Source: Amphiscolops sp. MND2022 (taxonomy: Eukaryota). Taken from it: 64,000 nt of DNA. Positions 13,585 to 27,272 of the stretch are shown here, piece after piece; positions within the stretch are counted from its first letter, which is position 1, and every line of letters begins with the position of its first letter. Location: the NCBI GenBank assembly GCA_964187785.1, contig OZ076409.1, positions 85,996,001 to 86,060,000 of the forward strand. The letters are read 5' to 3'. The notes beneath the pieces are model-generated. The model was not told the origin of the DNA and ran no database searches. It was given only the letters and a program-made list of their open reading frames with translations. A program made the translations under genes and the position numbers.

Positions 13585-13962
13585 ATGCAAGCAAACTATC
13601 AGTCTACTTGCCAATTCCCCATTCCATTTTCTCCCAATAATTGGAACAACACACAAAACAACCAACAAATCTTCAGTGCTCAAATCCAAATTCAGCAACA
13701 AGGGCCACTCAATGGGCCTGTGCTACAGATGAACCCTCCGGGTATGCCGGAAAATGCAGAGTTCTGTTCTGGTTGTTCCAAGACATACGATCAACTCGCT
13801 GCAGAGATCCTTACACACTACGTGGGGTGGTCGGAATATCCTGAGGAAACCATCCGAGACACAACTGTGCGTTCCAGGGCAATCGTGGACAAATTTAGTG
13901 CGGCGTTGAATATGCTTCAAAATTGTTGGACTACCGCCAGATTACCCTTGCGAGATGTCTAG
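13585..13962 (+). pseudogene. Homolog of ORF4 (CxxC-K-xx-DQ protein) of the Gypsy element
   Basis: CSGCSKTYDQLAAEILTHYVGWSEYPEE..RSRA matches CMVCGKSRDQIKAEKVNWYMQRSTPSSE..RREA. It sits in the same position, immediately before the downstream LTR-like repeat. Confidence 0.65.
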
Positions 13963-16051
13963 CGTGCAGCATAGATGAACAGATCATTTTCCTTCACCTG
14001 ATCTGAAGAAACTTGAAAATACATAAAACTACCACTCATATTCGAACACCATTAACTGTCAAACTTCTTTATGAACTTATATGTTTGTTTCAAATATTTG
14101 TTCTGTTAGTCGATATATCCTGTGTATTTATTTTTATTTAGTTAAAGATTTGGATATTGTCAGATTTTAATATTGATGTTTTCTTTCTGATGATAATTTT
14201 GTTATTGTTGATCTTAAAAAAGAGGTAAAAGAGCGCGTTGATTGAATAATTTAGTCAAAAGGTGACAGTTTTGTTACTTGGCTTTATCCAAAACCTTGTT
14301 TCATCACACTAATCCACGAAGTGAGACTGTATTCAATGCATTTATGATCACCTGACAGTAATGGATCGATTACAACATAATTATGCAGAAAATGTTCAAA
14401 AACAGCAAGGTTCACTTGGAAAGCAGCATTTTAAACCTATATACATTTGTGCCTGCATATTTACTGTATTATGCGGTTTGCATAAAACAGCATATGCTGT
14501 AATAACAGCAAATGCGGTATCATTGTCAAAACAGCATATGCGGCATTGTTGATAAAGCAGTATTACGACTAAAACTAAAAGCGACAGAGCGAGCTAGTGT
14601 GTTATACTGAATTATACGGTTCTCATGAAGCAGTACGCGGATTTGTCATAACACATTACATGATTTGCATATAACTCTGCGTTAATCCGCCGCAACCACT
14701 GTGCCATATTTCGACTTTCTAGGAATAGTGATGTATTGATTTATTTTTAACTTTTGAACCCAGAAACAAGTTGTTATGATGATTTGAATAAAATTGATGG
14801 TCTTGCTACTAAGAGTAAACACCCAATAAAATCATTTTAGAGGACACCTTCAGATCCTTTTTCCCCAGAATCATTCAACATAACACTCGGACAAGACAGT
14901 TACTCCAACTTTGACAAACAATCTCCCTAACATTTTCACATTTTGTTTCTGTAAGGTATCTCCAGTTTCATTGCACCCAATCACTTTGAAATGAAAAGAT
15001 TTTGACACCTAACACTGTTTTCATCATGGGTTTTAATAGAAATAGGCGCTCGAGAAGAGTGGAATCTCTGTCTCCAGACAGAGATGAAAACCCACTAGAA
15101 ACAAGCTTCACACATGGTAAATCGACTTTAGTTGATGTTTCTGAGAATGTTAAGAACATTTTGACGGGAACATAGAAAGTGAACCAACGGAACTCTCACA
15201 AACTAACAACAAGGTAGACGTTACTTTTCAAAGATTAGCTGAGCGAAAGAACACAAAAGTTACACAGATTGGACAACAACTACACAGCGAATTTGAAAAG
15301 ATACTTAAAGAGATAAGAGCAAATAGAATTAATAACTTTAAAACTGATGAAGAGGATGCTGCGAAAAGCATGGCTGGTACTTCTAGCTCATCAAATTAAC
15401 TTCTCAGGAGGAAACACGCATCGAATTTTGAAACTGACAAAAATGAGAGTCAGGATTGTCACTTCCAGCCTTCAAAAATGAATGAAATAAGACAATCGTC
15501 GACTTCTTTCGGGGTTGTGATTGAGACTTTAGACGATACCTTCATAATTAACGAAAATAGACTGGAAGCCCATTATCACAATACCCCGTTTCGAAATCGG
15601 TTGATGTAGTCACTACGTTAGTTAATTTTTTGTTTGGTATAGTAATGATTGTAAATGTAAATCGAAATTAATTATTTAAGTCCTTGCTGAACGTTGTAAT
15701 TTTTCCTTTCTTAGAATCATTTCTAATAGCCATTTCTGAAAATAGTCATAAACTTCTTAGTTGGGAATCAAAATCATATTCGGTAAGGTTGCCAGCGTTA
15801 TCCCAGCGTCAATTTCCCCGCGAATCGAAGCAGTAAAACAGGGAAACCTTTCCAGTTTGAATGTCTGAAGTAAAATCTACATCCTGCTCTCTCGCGAGAA
15901 CGCCTCAAGATGTTGAAACCTAAAACAAAGAGCAAGTTAAAATGAAGAGAATGCACAACCCTCAGAGAGTGAACCTAGAAGCTTCTACACATCCAACCAA
16001 ATCTGTAAAAAGAAACTACCCAAAATAACGACCCAGACGTGAGTCGTAACA
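13910..16051 (+). repeat. LTR-like direct repeat, copy 2 (about 560 bp extra at about 15105-15665)
   Basis: Aligns with 1916-3673 by eye and ends CGTAACA at 16051. Confidence 0.65.
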
Positions 16052-16699
16052 CCCTGTTATAAAATTTTTTGTCATTCATTTTGTGCTTGGTAACAGAGTT
16101 TTTTTATTAGGTTGGTACTAGGGTAACTGAGGCTGGAAATAGTCTAACTTTTTTTCAAATCCAATTTTCATCCTGTGGTATAGACTGTAATTTAACTGCA
16201 CTCCAATCCGGCGACGTTGCAATCGCTACCCTGTAAAGCAATAATTAACGTCAGGCGATGATCGTTTTGTCGGATATATAATTCCTCAGCTTGATAGACT
16301 TCGCTGTATACAGACAACTTGATCTTTTGTTCAGTGTTACTTGATACCTTCCTTTCAATACTAGAATACAACATTGCACTTTACAAAAAAGCTTGCAGTG
16401 CGACTGTGCCTATTGTTTTTTGTGTTGCCTCACATAAAACAAGGGTGCCAATCTCATTTGGCGATTCTGACGTTTATAACGTTTCCGAACGGAACTATGC
16501 TAATGGTTTCGAGGCAAAATTTGTTCTGAATCTGCAAACCATAAGTGCACTGTCTCCCAAATTTAAAACGTTTTGACCACTTTCCATATTGTTACTTGCG
16601 ACACGATAAATTTTTTTCAGAAACTACAAAACATAGGCGTTAATGCTTAACGCGAAACATGCGAAGAATACTCGCTTGACTCCAAATATCCAGTCTCAA

Positions 16700-19600
16700 A
16701 AATAGGCTTTAGAAAATTTTATTGGATGATCATGACCATATTTTATCAATGACCAGTTTTTGTAAAAAAAAATGCACCAAGTAGCTACTTTAGCTGAGCC
16801 TAATGCGTTCACCCTGAAAAAGTTTAGTTCCATGATGCAAGTACTTCGAAAAGTTTCTGGCGATAACAAAGTTATTTGTTCGGAAGTGGGATAAAAAGGA
16901 AATCCTAACAAATTTCTCTCAAAAACTTCTATGAAGAAGTCTGCTCCGGATCGAGTTTCCTGCGCTAGAACAAAGCTGCTTAAAAGAGGCATTTTTCATT
17001 GGATGGAATATTACTGCATCAGGAATAGCGTTGGAGATATGGGCCATTGGAGAAGAAAGAAGCTAGAATTTTGCATTTGTTTCAACGATTTTGTTTGTTT
17101 GAAAATGTACTAGATACCTTCTTTAACAAGATGGAACTAATTCTGTGTGAGAGGCCCTTGGAGTGCACCATGAAAAAAACTGGTGCATCATGCCAGTATC
17201 TCGAATGGTTTCAACGGTATGAATAGCCAACTGGATAGATATGGGATTTCAAACGCAATCGACCGAAACGTCTTGCGAAATACGACTATGATGAATCCTG
17301 CTGTGGTTGAACATTCATGCACTAGAACATAGGCAAATGACTGTCTCGAACATCAACCAGAGAAAGAAGTTTTATTGCATCACAACACAAGTACTAGGCT
17401 TTAATATACCTTATAGGCTAAATATCACATTAGATCAAGGAAAATTTTCCGTCCAAAAATGCACCAAAGCACTGTTAGCAAGATGTAAGTAGTTCCAAAA
17501 GAATGCGTCAGGAGTGTGACTTAATAAATACCTTGAATAGTTCCCGAAATATTAGCCGCCAATCGGCGAAAAAGTGGAATTTCAATTTGGTGTCAATCGA
17601 CCAAATGTTTTCACGAAATACGACTAATATAGAGCCTGCTCTAGCTAATCACTCGCGCTCTATAACAAGAACAATTTCCTCGGGATCTCTCGGAGGAAGA
17701 ATTTTAAATGCATCACAAGTACTTTCTAAGACATAGGCTTTAACGAGCCAAACATACTAAAACGTCGCCTTTGCCATCAAAAATTGCACCCAGGAGCAAC
17801 GTTAGCGGAATGAAATTTGTTCCACGATACGACCACAGGATTGCACCATGAAAGAACACACTGTCCTTTATACCAGTAGCTTGAATGGTTCCGAAGATAA
17901 TTGTAGCTGACTGACTAGAAACTGTTGTAAACGAAACGCTTACCCATTAGAGAAAAAAAATAAAATTTTTGCTCTCAAAAATGGCAATAAGCTTCATTTC
18001 GCTTTCCCTAAGAATGCTGCCAAAGAAAACATTCTTGAGACATCGATCCATCTAGTTTTCGAAATCAATGATTTTTGGTATCAGAAAGAAAGATAATTTA
18101 TGGTACGGTAAAACATCGATGTTTATTTTCTTCCAAAATCAGCGAGGACCGTTGAGACATGTTGAAAATGTTTTCGGTCCGGAATTTTGTTCAATGCAAT
18201 TTCTCAAACGCCTCGAATTAAATCAAAAATCTCTGTATCAAGAAACCAAGACTATCTTTTTTTGTTCAAAAACAACAGAAGTACGTAGGTTGTAGGTACT
18301 TCCTTCGTGTAACAATTCAACAACCACGGTCCAGGTAGATTGCCTTTTGAATCTTTTGAAAAGAACGCATGAAGCATAACGGCCTCAATCTTTTTTCCTG
18401 ATTTTAAATGAAAGTAGCATTGATCTTGAAGTTCAATTAATCCAGCCCTTCATTACTTGAAATGATGGGATCAGTAACATAAAAGATGTGTCAAATTTCA
18501 TTTTGACGCCAGAACGTCGCCAGATGGTGGGAGAGGTTCACTAGAACTTGCGCTGGATTTGAGCCTTCATTCAAAAATACTGCGAAAATTGTTGGTTAAT
18601 TATCTTGAGGTTCGTTTCGTTCCTGAGAAGAAACGCGTATGAGAAAAACATCACGCCTACTTTTTCAATTGAAGTGAACAAAATGAAATATGCCAGTCAA
18701 TTAATCTTAACTTTCTGAATTCTTCGGCAGCCTACAAAGGATTGTTCCGTAATTTCAAAACTAGTTGAGCTGTGGCGAATGGTAACACCTCTTTTTCTGA
18801 AGTACCCGTTGCTCCTGGTGATGGTTAAACTAACGTACCGCGTGGCAAAATAGAGCTGACTGCGCTGCCGAAAAGATTTAAGTAGCATTTTAGAGGCATT
18901 GTGCCACAAATTTGTGCCACCAGATATCTAAAGGTTTCTCAAACATAGTACCAAAAAGCAGAACTTCACTCATGATACTCTAAACTAATACTCCTAAAGT
19001 ACCCAACATAGACTAGGGTATCAAGAAGCTAAAGCCACTCGATTTGGTTTTTCAATCTCTTTTTATTTTTTTTTCTACAAAAAGTGTCAGGAGAAATTGT
19101 CTCTAGAACTTCGATCAGAACTAAAACGGTGATTTTAGTTTTGCAGTCGCGTAAAAAATTTAAAAGTTTTATCATATGAAATTTTGAGGAGTTTTGAAAG
19201 TTTCAGAACATTGTTACGCATTATTCAAAAACTACTGGTCAAAAGAGAAAACCTCTCTCAACCACTTTTGCAGCCTTGACACCATTACTTAACTTTCTCA
19301 TTCAACACTTTTCTGAATATGCTCTGCTAAATAAGGAACACCCAAGAACAGTTCCGTCGAAATCATTTCATGGAGTAAAAACGAAGAATCCTAATCTGTG
19401 ATTAATTGGCGGTGAAAATCGTGTGTCTGGATCAGTGTTACAAAATGAGTCCCGAACTTTGTTACGAACAGCAGTTTTTGAGATTTTGAATGATAGATTT
19501 CGGGAAAAGTCGAAAACCAAGAATAAGATGAGTGTTATAACTTCTGTAATTCTTGTTTGTTTTGAAAGAATTTGTCAATTTTTGAAACTGTACTTCTGAT

Positions 19601-21500
19601 CAAAATATAAAAAATGTTTAATTCTGGTGATTTGTGTGTCAAATACTTGTGTACAAATTTATTGCGATGCAAAAGTTTTCGTTCGTATAACAGAGTGTCT
19701 TTCAGCTTTTAACTAACCTAGAAGTCAGTTTTGAACCAAAAATGCTCGGTGACTTGTGGTACAAGAAAAAAACTAACACCAACTAACTTGTGATGTGGAA
19801 AAACCAACACCACGCCCGCTGAGCACCGGCAGTTTGCGTCACATAAATTTTTCGCGAAGAGATATGCTTAGGACTCTTGTTGTTGTGAAAAAACAACAAA
19901 CATTCAAAATGCTTCGAACAATTTGAAAATTTTGACAAATTCTGGTTCATCTTTCTGTTTTAATTGGAAACAAACACGATTTCTTTATACAAGTGTATGC
20001 TAAATATTAATTTTTTGATGTTGACTTTAGAATATTTCCCACCGGAAATTGTACAAAAACAACAAAAAAACTATCCGAAAAAAGTTCCCACTTTCATGGA
20101 CAAGTCATTGAAAAACATCCGATTTCTATTTCTAAAAAGTAAGCAAAAAAATTCAAAGTTTTGTTGTTCAACTCTGTGGATACTCATACTCACAAAAACA
20201 TCCGAAAAGTTCCTTTTCTATGTCAAGGCTTTTCTTGGACACTAACTCTCTATGGAAAGCAACATTGCTACAGTTGTATTGAATAATATATTAGTAATAT
20301 CGATAGTATACTTAGAGCTGTTGAAGCTCAAGTTCAAACAAGTCTGGCAGCTTGCAGTTGTCTTTGTTATAAAGGCGAGGCGAAGCGAAGCGAAACCTAA
20401 AGCCATTCGTTTTTCAGAAGCACATTTCACCTTTTCTCTGTCAAAAAAGTGACCTGGAACAACTTTTTCATCTTTGAGCCACTTTTTCGTGTCATCTATG
20501 ATTAACACGCGTTTCGATTAGGAAAAACGTTGACATGATTCTGGACTACCAGTCAGTAGAAAAAGATTTGCCGACGGTGGTTCCAACATTTTTCCTGTTA
20601 GAAAACTAGATAGGTCGAATCTGAACACCAGTTTCTAATCAGTTGGCTACTATTATCTTTGGAGTCATAAGAGCAACTGGCATGATCGATTTCAATTTTT
20701 CGTAATAAACTCCCGGGACCTTCTCGTGGAACAACTTTCATTCCGCTAACATTGCTTCTTGTGCAATTTTTGGCAGAAACTGAACCTTGATAAAAGGCGA
20801 CATTTTAGCCAATCTGGATTTCTATGGTCTATATCTTCGATAGGTTCTGCGATGCAGTGAAAAACATTTTCTTCAAGACGTCCGAGGCAGTTGCTTATGC
20901 TGCTCTATTGCTCGAGTGTTCGAATAGAGCAACCCCAATCAGTTGTATTTGGTGAGAAATTTAGTGATTGAGTTGGAAACCCCATTTCAAGCCATTTGGC
21001 TACTACTATATCCGGAGCCTTTCGATGTACTGGGAGGATATGTAATTTTTTCATGGTATAATCTTGGGGGCCTTCTTGTGGAACTACTTCCTTTTCGCTA
21101 AAGTTGCTACCTAGTACAATATTTTGCAGAAAATGTTCAGTGGTCAAATGCAATTATTTAGCCACTTTGGTTTCATATGATCAATATCTTCGAGGCTATT
21201 CCTGATGTAGTAAAATTTCGCTGAAAAATGCCTCTTTTATTTGGCCCTTTTCCAGCGCAGAAAAACTGAACTCATAAATCCACTTCCCAGCAAATGGCTA
21301 CAATATTACCAAAAACAAATCGTTTTGGCATGATGGGTTAATATTTTTTATTGAATTAAATGTTTATATATCCACTGGGGCCCTCTGGTGGAACTGGTCT
21401 CATCTCGCTAAAAAACGATTTTGTGCAATTTTGACAGGAACTGATCATCTAGATTTCTAATCCCAATCTTCGAGACCATTCGCGATGTAGATAATATGTA
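16700..21500. repeat. Foldback-like structure: inverted arrays of ~310-350 bp degenerate repeats around a ~2.5 kb spacer
   Basis: Plus-strand units near 16771, 17103, 17457 and 17781. Inverted units near 20726, 21075 and 21385. 17781-17930 is a close reverse complement of about 20625-20770. Confidence 0.6.
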
Positions 21501-24500
21501 TCCTGAATTTTTTCTCTTCGGCGACAAACTAGAGCTCTTCGCAAACCTTGCGCTAAGCTCTTTTGCGCCTATTGATATATCTATCTTTTATTGCTCATTC
21601 GATCACCCATATAGTCGTCTAGACAACCATGCACTGGTCTCGAATACAAATGTAACTTGAATTGTGTGCATACCATATTCTACTCTTTAAAGTAATCGTA
21701 TTTACTCAAATGTAAAGAACTTTGGAATTTTATCCTTCTCCTTAGAACGGACAATACTTTCTGTTGCCAAATATTTCTTTGTCTACTCAGACCTAATACT
21801 GCAGCTCTGTAGCATCCTCTTATGGAGTGCTCAGTCAGCTCCGTCCATCTCTATCAGAAAAAAATCTAATGTTCTAAAATATAAAAAGCTAAAACACTTA
21901 CAACTAAACAATAGTACATTAGCTGTTGTGACCATTTCGTTTCTTTCGTTCCATCTGGTATAAATCATATCCCTTTTGTAATCACGTCAATAGTGATTCG
22001 ATATAGTTGTCGGTATACATTTCTTCTGTACTAATCACAAAAGTGGATCGACTTTGTAGTCGGTACACCTTCTTTCTGTACTAACCAATTAGCAAAACAT
22101 TTGCAACATTTAGTTCGACATTCTTGTTAGTAGATTCAATTCCTTCTATACTAGTCAAAAATGGTCCGACAGTTCCGTTGGAACAACAAAACAACTGTTT
22201 TCATTTCTAATTCATTGCCTTCTTCTACTGATTGTGAATGTATTTTTAGGATATTTTCATTCTTTTGGTGTTCTAGCAACCATTGCTCATGTTGTCAACA
22301 AGTTTTTTCTTGGTTCTATCCATCGATAAATCTTTGCCAATTTCTCAATCGTTTGTCACTGAAAATCTTGTCACAGGCAGTCTTTTCACATCCTTTCTCT
22401 TTTCAGTGCTAGTTTTTTCAAATGATTCCCGTCGCTTCTCTAGTTCCCTTCCTTCCACATCTTAGTCTAGCCCATTCCAAGTTCTAAAATCTCCTCCTTA
22501 GAACACACTATCCTCAGTTTCAAATATTAAATTCTACATCTAAATTCGACAAACCTTTTCCAAAATTTCCCAATTAACACTAACCCTTTCCAGAACCTCT
22601 GCTTTTTCTTCATTTATTGGCAATTCACGTTGTAGGAAAAAACACATAAAGCTATACAGTTTTATGACCATTCTATTTTCCATTTCCAATCATGACCACA
22701 GTAGAATGTAACTGTTGAAATTGATGACATTTACATTGAGTAAACATACTTTCTAGCCCACCGAACCAACATGCCAAAACAACCACATTGTTTGTTTACT
22801 TAGCCAATAACTTCATATTATGCTGTAAATGTGAATTATTTATACTTTTTTATATTTGCTGTAGAAGTGTAAACGATATGTATACCATTATAAGAGAGAG
22901 ATTTTCACGACTGAATAGCTATAGTCAAGTTGGGTCTCAGGACCGCGAGACTAATTAACTTTCCATATCTTAGAAAACTCTCACATCTTAGTTACTCTCA
23001 TAGTGGGAGAGCCGGAGCGCGTAAAACTTCAGAGCAGGACGTTTGTGCTGGATCACATCGAATCCAATTCAGTCTAAAGCGATTCCATGGGTCACATCGG
23101 GCCCACCAGTCAAAAGATACACTCCTTTAAAACAAGAAAACCAGGATTTGTTTAGTAACCGTCCACAGTACTAAGCAACGGATCAGGGCGGCATAAAGTT
23201 TGTCAAGCTTCAGCGCAGGATAAGGGCAAGCAGCTGTTACATAACCCTTTCATCGCTTCACTTCAAATTTTCCTCATCTTCTTTGTAACCATTTTGTCCT
23301 CAAAATACCGAAACTCTTACATCACTTCACTCAATCAATTGCTTTTTTGCAAAATAAACCATTTTCTCTTTCCTCTCCTCACTGAAAACCAACACTACAG
23401 CCTAACATTAACTTAGACAGCCTCATTTTATTGATCCATACTCATCGTCATTCATAATTACTGCCTCTTTTTCTCCTTTATTTCCCTTTTTTTCACCTTT
23501 CATCACACTCACCGTCTCTCACATGAAATTAAAACAACTCTATCCACGTTTTTGGACAATCTTATTTATAACTCCACTGTTCCTCTTATTTTGAAAAAAA
23601 CGTACCCCGATGATATTTATTCTGCTCCTTTGATACTTGAACGTCCTGACTCACATCTATACTGTATAGACACTCATTCTGTAACTGAAACTCAGGACGA
23701 ACATCTATTTTGCTGCCTTTCAATCGACTTCTCAATGCTTCTGAACCCATACGCAAGCACAAGTATACTTCTATCATACTCATACCTCTTGCTGAAATTT
23801 TCGCTGCCTTTTTATCCAACTTCGCGAAAGAAAAAATCTTTTGCCTAAACATGTTTCCTCTCCTTCTGCTATACAAGCAATGCGCTAAAAAAAACTCTTT
23901 TTGAACTACCCTGCATCGAACTACTTCGTATATCGAAAACTACCCCCAATATTGGCTTCAAACAGGTATATTTCAAATTCACCACTTGCAACAATATCTG
24001 TTTTTCAGGATATCACTTTGAACACCCACACTAAAAGCCAAATTCAAATCTTTTCCCTCTTTCTTAGAACGTTTGTAGTATATAACAAACAGTTATGTAT
24101 AACGTTTTGACTTTTGGTGTAACACATCCTATTAAAGCTTTCTTGCGGTAAATTGTATTTGGGTTTTGACAAGGTATGGATTGAAGTTTATCGAGTTTTC
24201 AGTATATATCACTGGTAAAATCATTTGAAGAGTATTTCACTCAACGGGAAGTGAAATCAAGGATAGTTATGAAGAAATCTACACAATATAATGAAAAATG
24301 CCACTCACAAGGACACACACAAAAGACTAACGAGAGATGGTCCCAGTGTAACACTATGTCGTATTCGTAAACACGGATGTCTTTTTAGGCAGTTGTTTCT
24401 GAAAAATGGAAAGAAAGAAAGTTAATTTTTCCAGATGTCATGAATAGTTTGATTTATAATAAACACAAGGAAACGTAAATTCAAACATTAAGGAATTGAT

Positions 24501-25919
24501 ATCAAGTGAAAACACTGATGGTAGCTCAAACTATACGAAAAACAGCGAAACGCATGTTGAAATAGTGCTGCTTTCCAGTGAAAAGAATCAACATCAAAGA
24601 CAAAGGTTTGATTGGATAAAGGGTACTGTAGGTTTTCAAATACAACGGACAATTGACTCCGCGATCAACGAAAACGTGAGTCCTCATATTCAAGTGGCAA
24701 TAGGTACTCTTGGGTATACCACAAATAAATGTGGTGACTTAAGATCCGCTGGATTAGAACTGAATACCAACTTGAAGAATACCGACCTGAGGAATTAAAG
24801 AGAGGACTCTGTAGAGTGAATGCCACATGGGCAATGCCACTGTAGGTGAAACGTTCGACAATTGTTTTCAGAAACGTTTTCTTAGAAGTTTTCCAAAAAA
24901 ATTACCTGCAAGTGCCACAGTTGCGGAAATTTCTATATGGGCCATTTGTGCCCGGAAACGCTTCATTTCTTCGTTCCGGTTACGGGATTGAGACAGAGCC
25001 TTCATGTTGAACCATTAAAAAAGTCCCACAGAGCCGACAAATCCAAAAAACGGGCCCTTTGATCTTCGCTCTACTTTTGCGAGCATTAAACTTTTTTGTT
25101 TTAGTGTAAACCTACGTGTACTCTTGCTTCTCAGACCATGTCACCAGGCTTAAAATCCGCATTAACGTCCAAGTCAAGTGGTATTTGATTTAAAGGAAGT
25201 TAGAGAAGTTTTGGAAAGAACTGGGAATAAAGAATCCTGCAACTCCACTGTGGTGCTGGTGCCGTGGAGCAATTCTGAAGCAAACTAGCCACTGTCACAC
25301 CCAATTCCAAGAAAAATATGAACTGTACATGTTCCGAAAGGACTGTGACTGACCCCATTCTCCTAATTCAGTCATTTATTTGTCAAACGTTATTCCAAAC
25401 AAGACCTAGTTGTATATTGTGGTACACTGAGATTATCACATGAGCAAGTTCCTTTGTCAATAAATACCATCGTGAATCATAATGCTTGTTCATGTAGTAT
25501 ATGCGACTTAGTTTTGTGCTAAAATGCTGAACTTGCATGAAGTATGTGTCATTGTACGTGCTTGGGTATGCAAATGCCCTTCCTAGCGTTTTTGAGCTGT
25601 ATAACTATGCTATATCATGCGTTTGGCAGTGTTGTGACCTTGCGTAACATTGCGTTGTTCAGTTATACAGTACTATGCGTTTTGATGCAGAGTGAGTATA
25701 TTTTCATATAGTCCAAATAGGTTTTTATGTGTAACGACAACACAGCAGTTAAGAAGTTATTATCTCACAGAGAAATTTGATTTGTTCCCTGTCGCAATGT
25801 TTAACGCGAGAAATGCCTTTCCTGTTTTTGTTTTCTTGCCAGTGCTTCAGTATATGCAATTGTTTCTCGCTCTTTTGTTAGAAGCGTTTCCTTGGCAGTT
25901 GATGATGGAATATAGAAGG

Positions 25920-26473
25920 TAGTCGGTTGAGGAGCAACAATATTTCAGCGAAAACGTAAAACGTCACTTGTGTTCGGATCGAAATCAATGAGTAAATGTC
26001 CGAATGGCTTCGTGGTGGCCCTCTGATAAGCTTCTCGAATAAAATCTAATTGTTTTAATTGTCTAGCGAAATGATCAATTTGCTGTAAGTCTCGTGGTGA
26101 TTTGAATGGAATAACATGTGTTGTGTTTAAATCAATTGTACGCGACCATTTGCTTTGATGGAATAAATTGTGTTTGACGAAAATGCAATGGATTTTCCTG
26201 TGTCTACCGGCAACTGCTTGTTTGACAAACGCTTGTTCTTGGTAAATTTCCTCACAAGAATCGTCGAAAACTAATAAACAAGTTTTTGATCATTTCAAAG
26301 TCCAAACATGGAATAGATTCAATGTTTAATCTTTCAGACATTTCTTGGAAAAGCGGTTGATATTCCTTGTAAAAGTAAAACGTTGTTTCGATGGGTGGAT
26401 AAAAGGAAGTTATTTAGTTATGAATTTAACTTCTACAAATAGAAACAGGTCATTTGACGTATTGTTTTTCATG
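25920..26473 (-). pseudogene. Polinton/Maverick A32-like DNA packaging ATPase remnant
   Basis: Manual translation (not in the ORF track): CLLVFDDSCEEIYQ..GRHRKIHCIFVKHNLFHQSKWSRTIDLNTTHVIPFKSPRDLQQI..AYQRATTKPFGHLLIDFDP. Walker B is present, Walker A is deleted, and there is an in-frame stop. Confidence 0.85.
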
Positions 26474-27189
26474 ATTTTGCACTGGTATGTCACCATAAAA
26501 AATTAGGGTAATGCTAGGAATAGGAGTGCTTGAAAAAACATTCACGTGTCAAGGAACCTTAATATCGAGCAGTATCTACTTTCCCCCTTCACCTGTTTTG
26601 TTAAACGAAACATTTTGTTGAATTGAGTGTTCTTCATTGTTCTGACTATCAAGACAAATGCAAATATTTCTCGCACTCAGAGACACTTTCACTTGCGAAA
26701 GAATGGAAAAAGCAAGATCCGGAGATCCATAATACTAAGTAGCCCTTCACCAGAAAAGGATGTGAGCTTAAAGGAGTAGGGTCACAAATTCAAGGTAATG
26801 AACCCCTAGTTAATAATATTGATTGTCAAGAAGGTTTGGTTGATAAAAACATGGTATCCTAGTTGACTGAATATAGTCTTACTTAAAGAGGTAAGATCGA
26901 ACGAAAGTACATCTACTGTGACAGGGGGCCTTGGGGACCCGAAAATGAACAGTTTTATGGAGTTCACACATCGAAAAGGAGGTGATTGATGCAGAATCTG
27001 AAGGTTGTCTTCTCCGACCTTCAGAAAGGAGATCATTTAGCCAACCTGCAACACCAGCGTATCTTAACGAACTTAATTGAGACGAAACAAGACGCTCGCT
27101 ATGCACCGAGATAATTTCTGCGTTCAATTGGCTAACAATAGAGACTTAATCGAAAATTTCTCTCCTCCTCAGTAAAACACAAAATTAAA

Positions 27190-27272
27190 GACTAGTAACT
27201 AGAAAAGTCAAGTGACTCAGTTACTTGACTATTTTAGTAACTTGACTTTTTAGTTACTTGACTATTTTAGTT
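27190..27272. repeat. Short TTACTTGACTATTTTAG tandem/inverted microrepeat
   Basis: Three direct copies preceded by one inverted copy. Confidence 0.6.

Larger units (their letters stand above)
1916..16051 (+). mobile_element. Decayed, internally deleted Gypsy element related to the intact element at 40411-56563 (boundaries approximate)
   Basis: In order it carries: LTR-like repeat, gag homology (FRRKYVKPES shared), integrase C-terminus homology, antisense-gene homology, ORF4 homology, second LTR-like repeat. Many stops and frameshifts. No TSD found. Confidence 0.75.

Noticed and set aside
21540..24130. Possible further LTR-element relic (pyrimidine-rich, broken ORF at 23552-24030)
   Set aside because: No diagnostic motif, paired repeat or TSD could be identified by eye.
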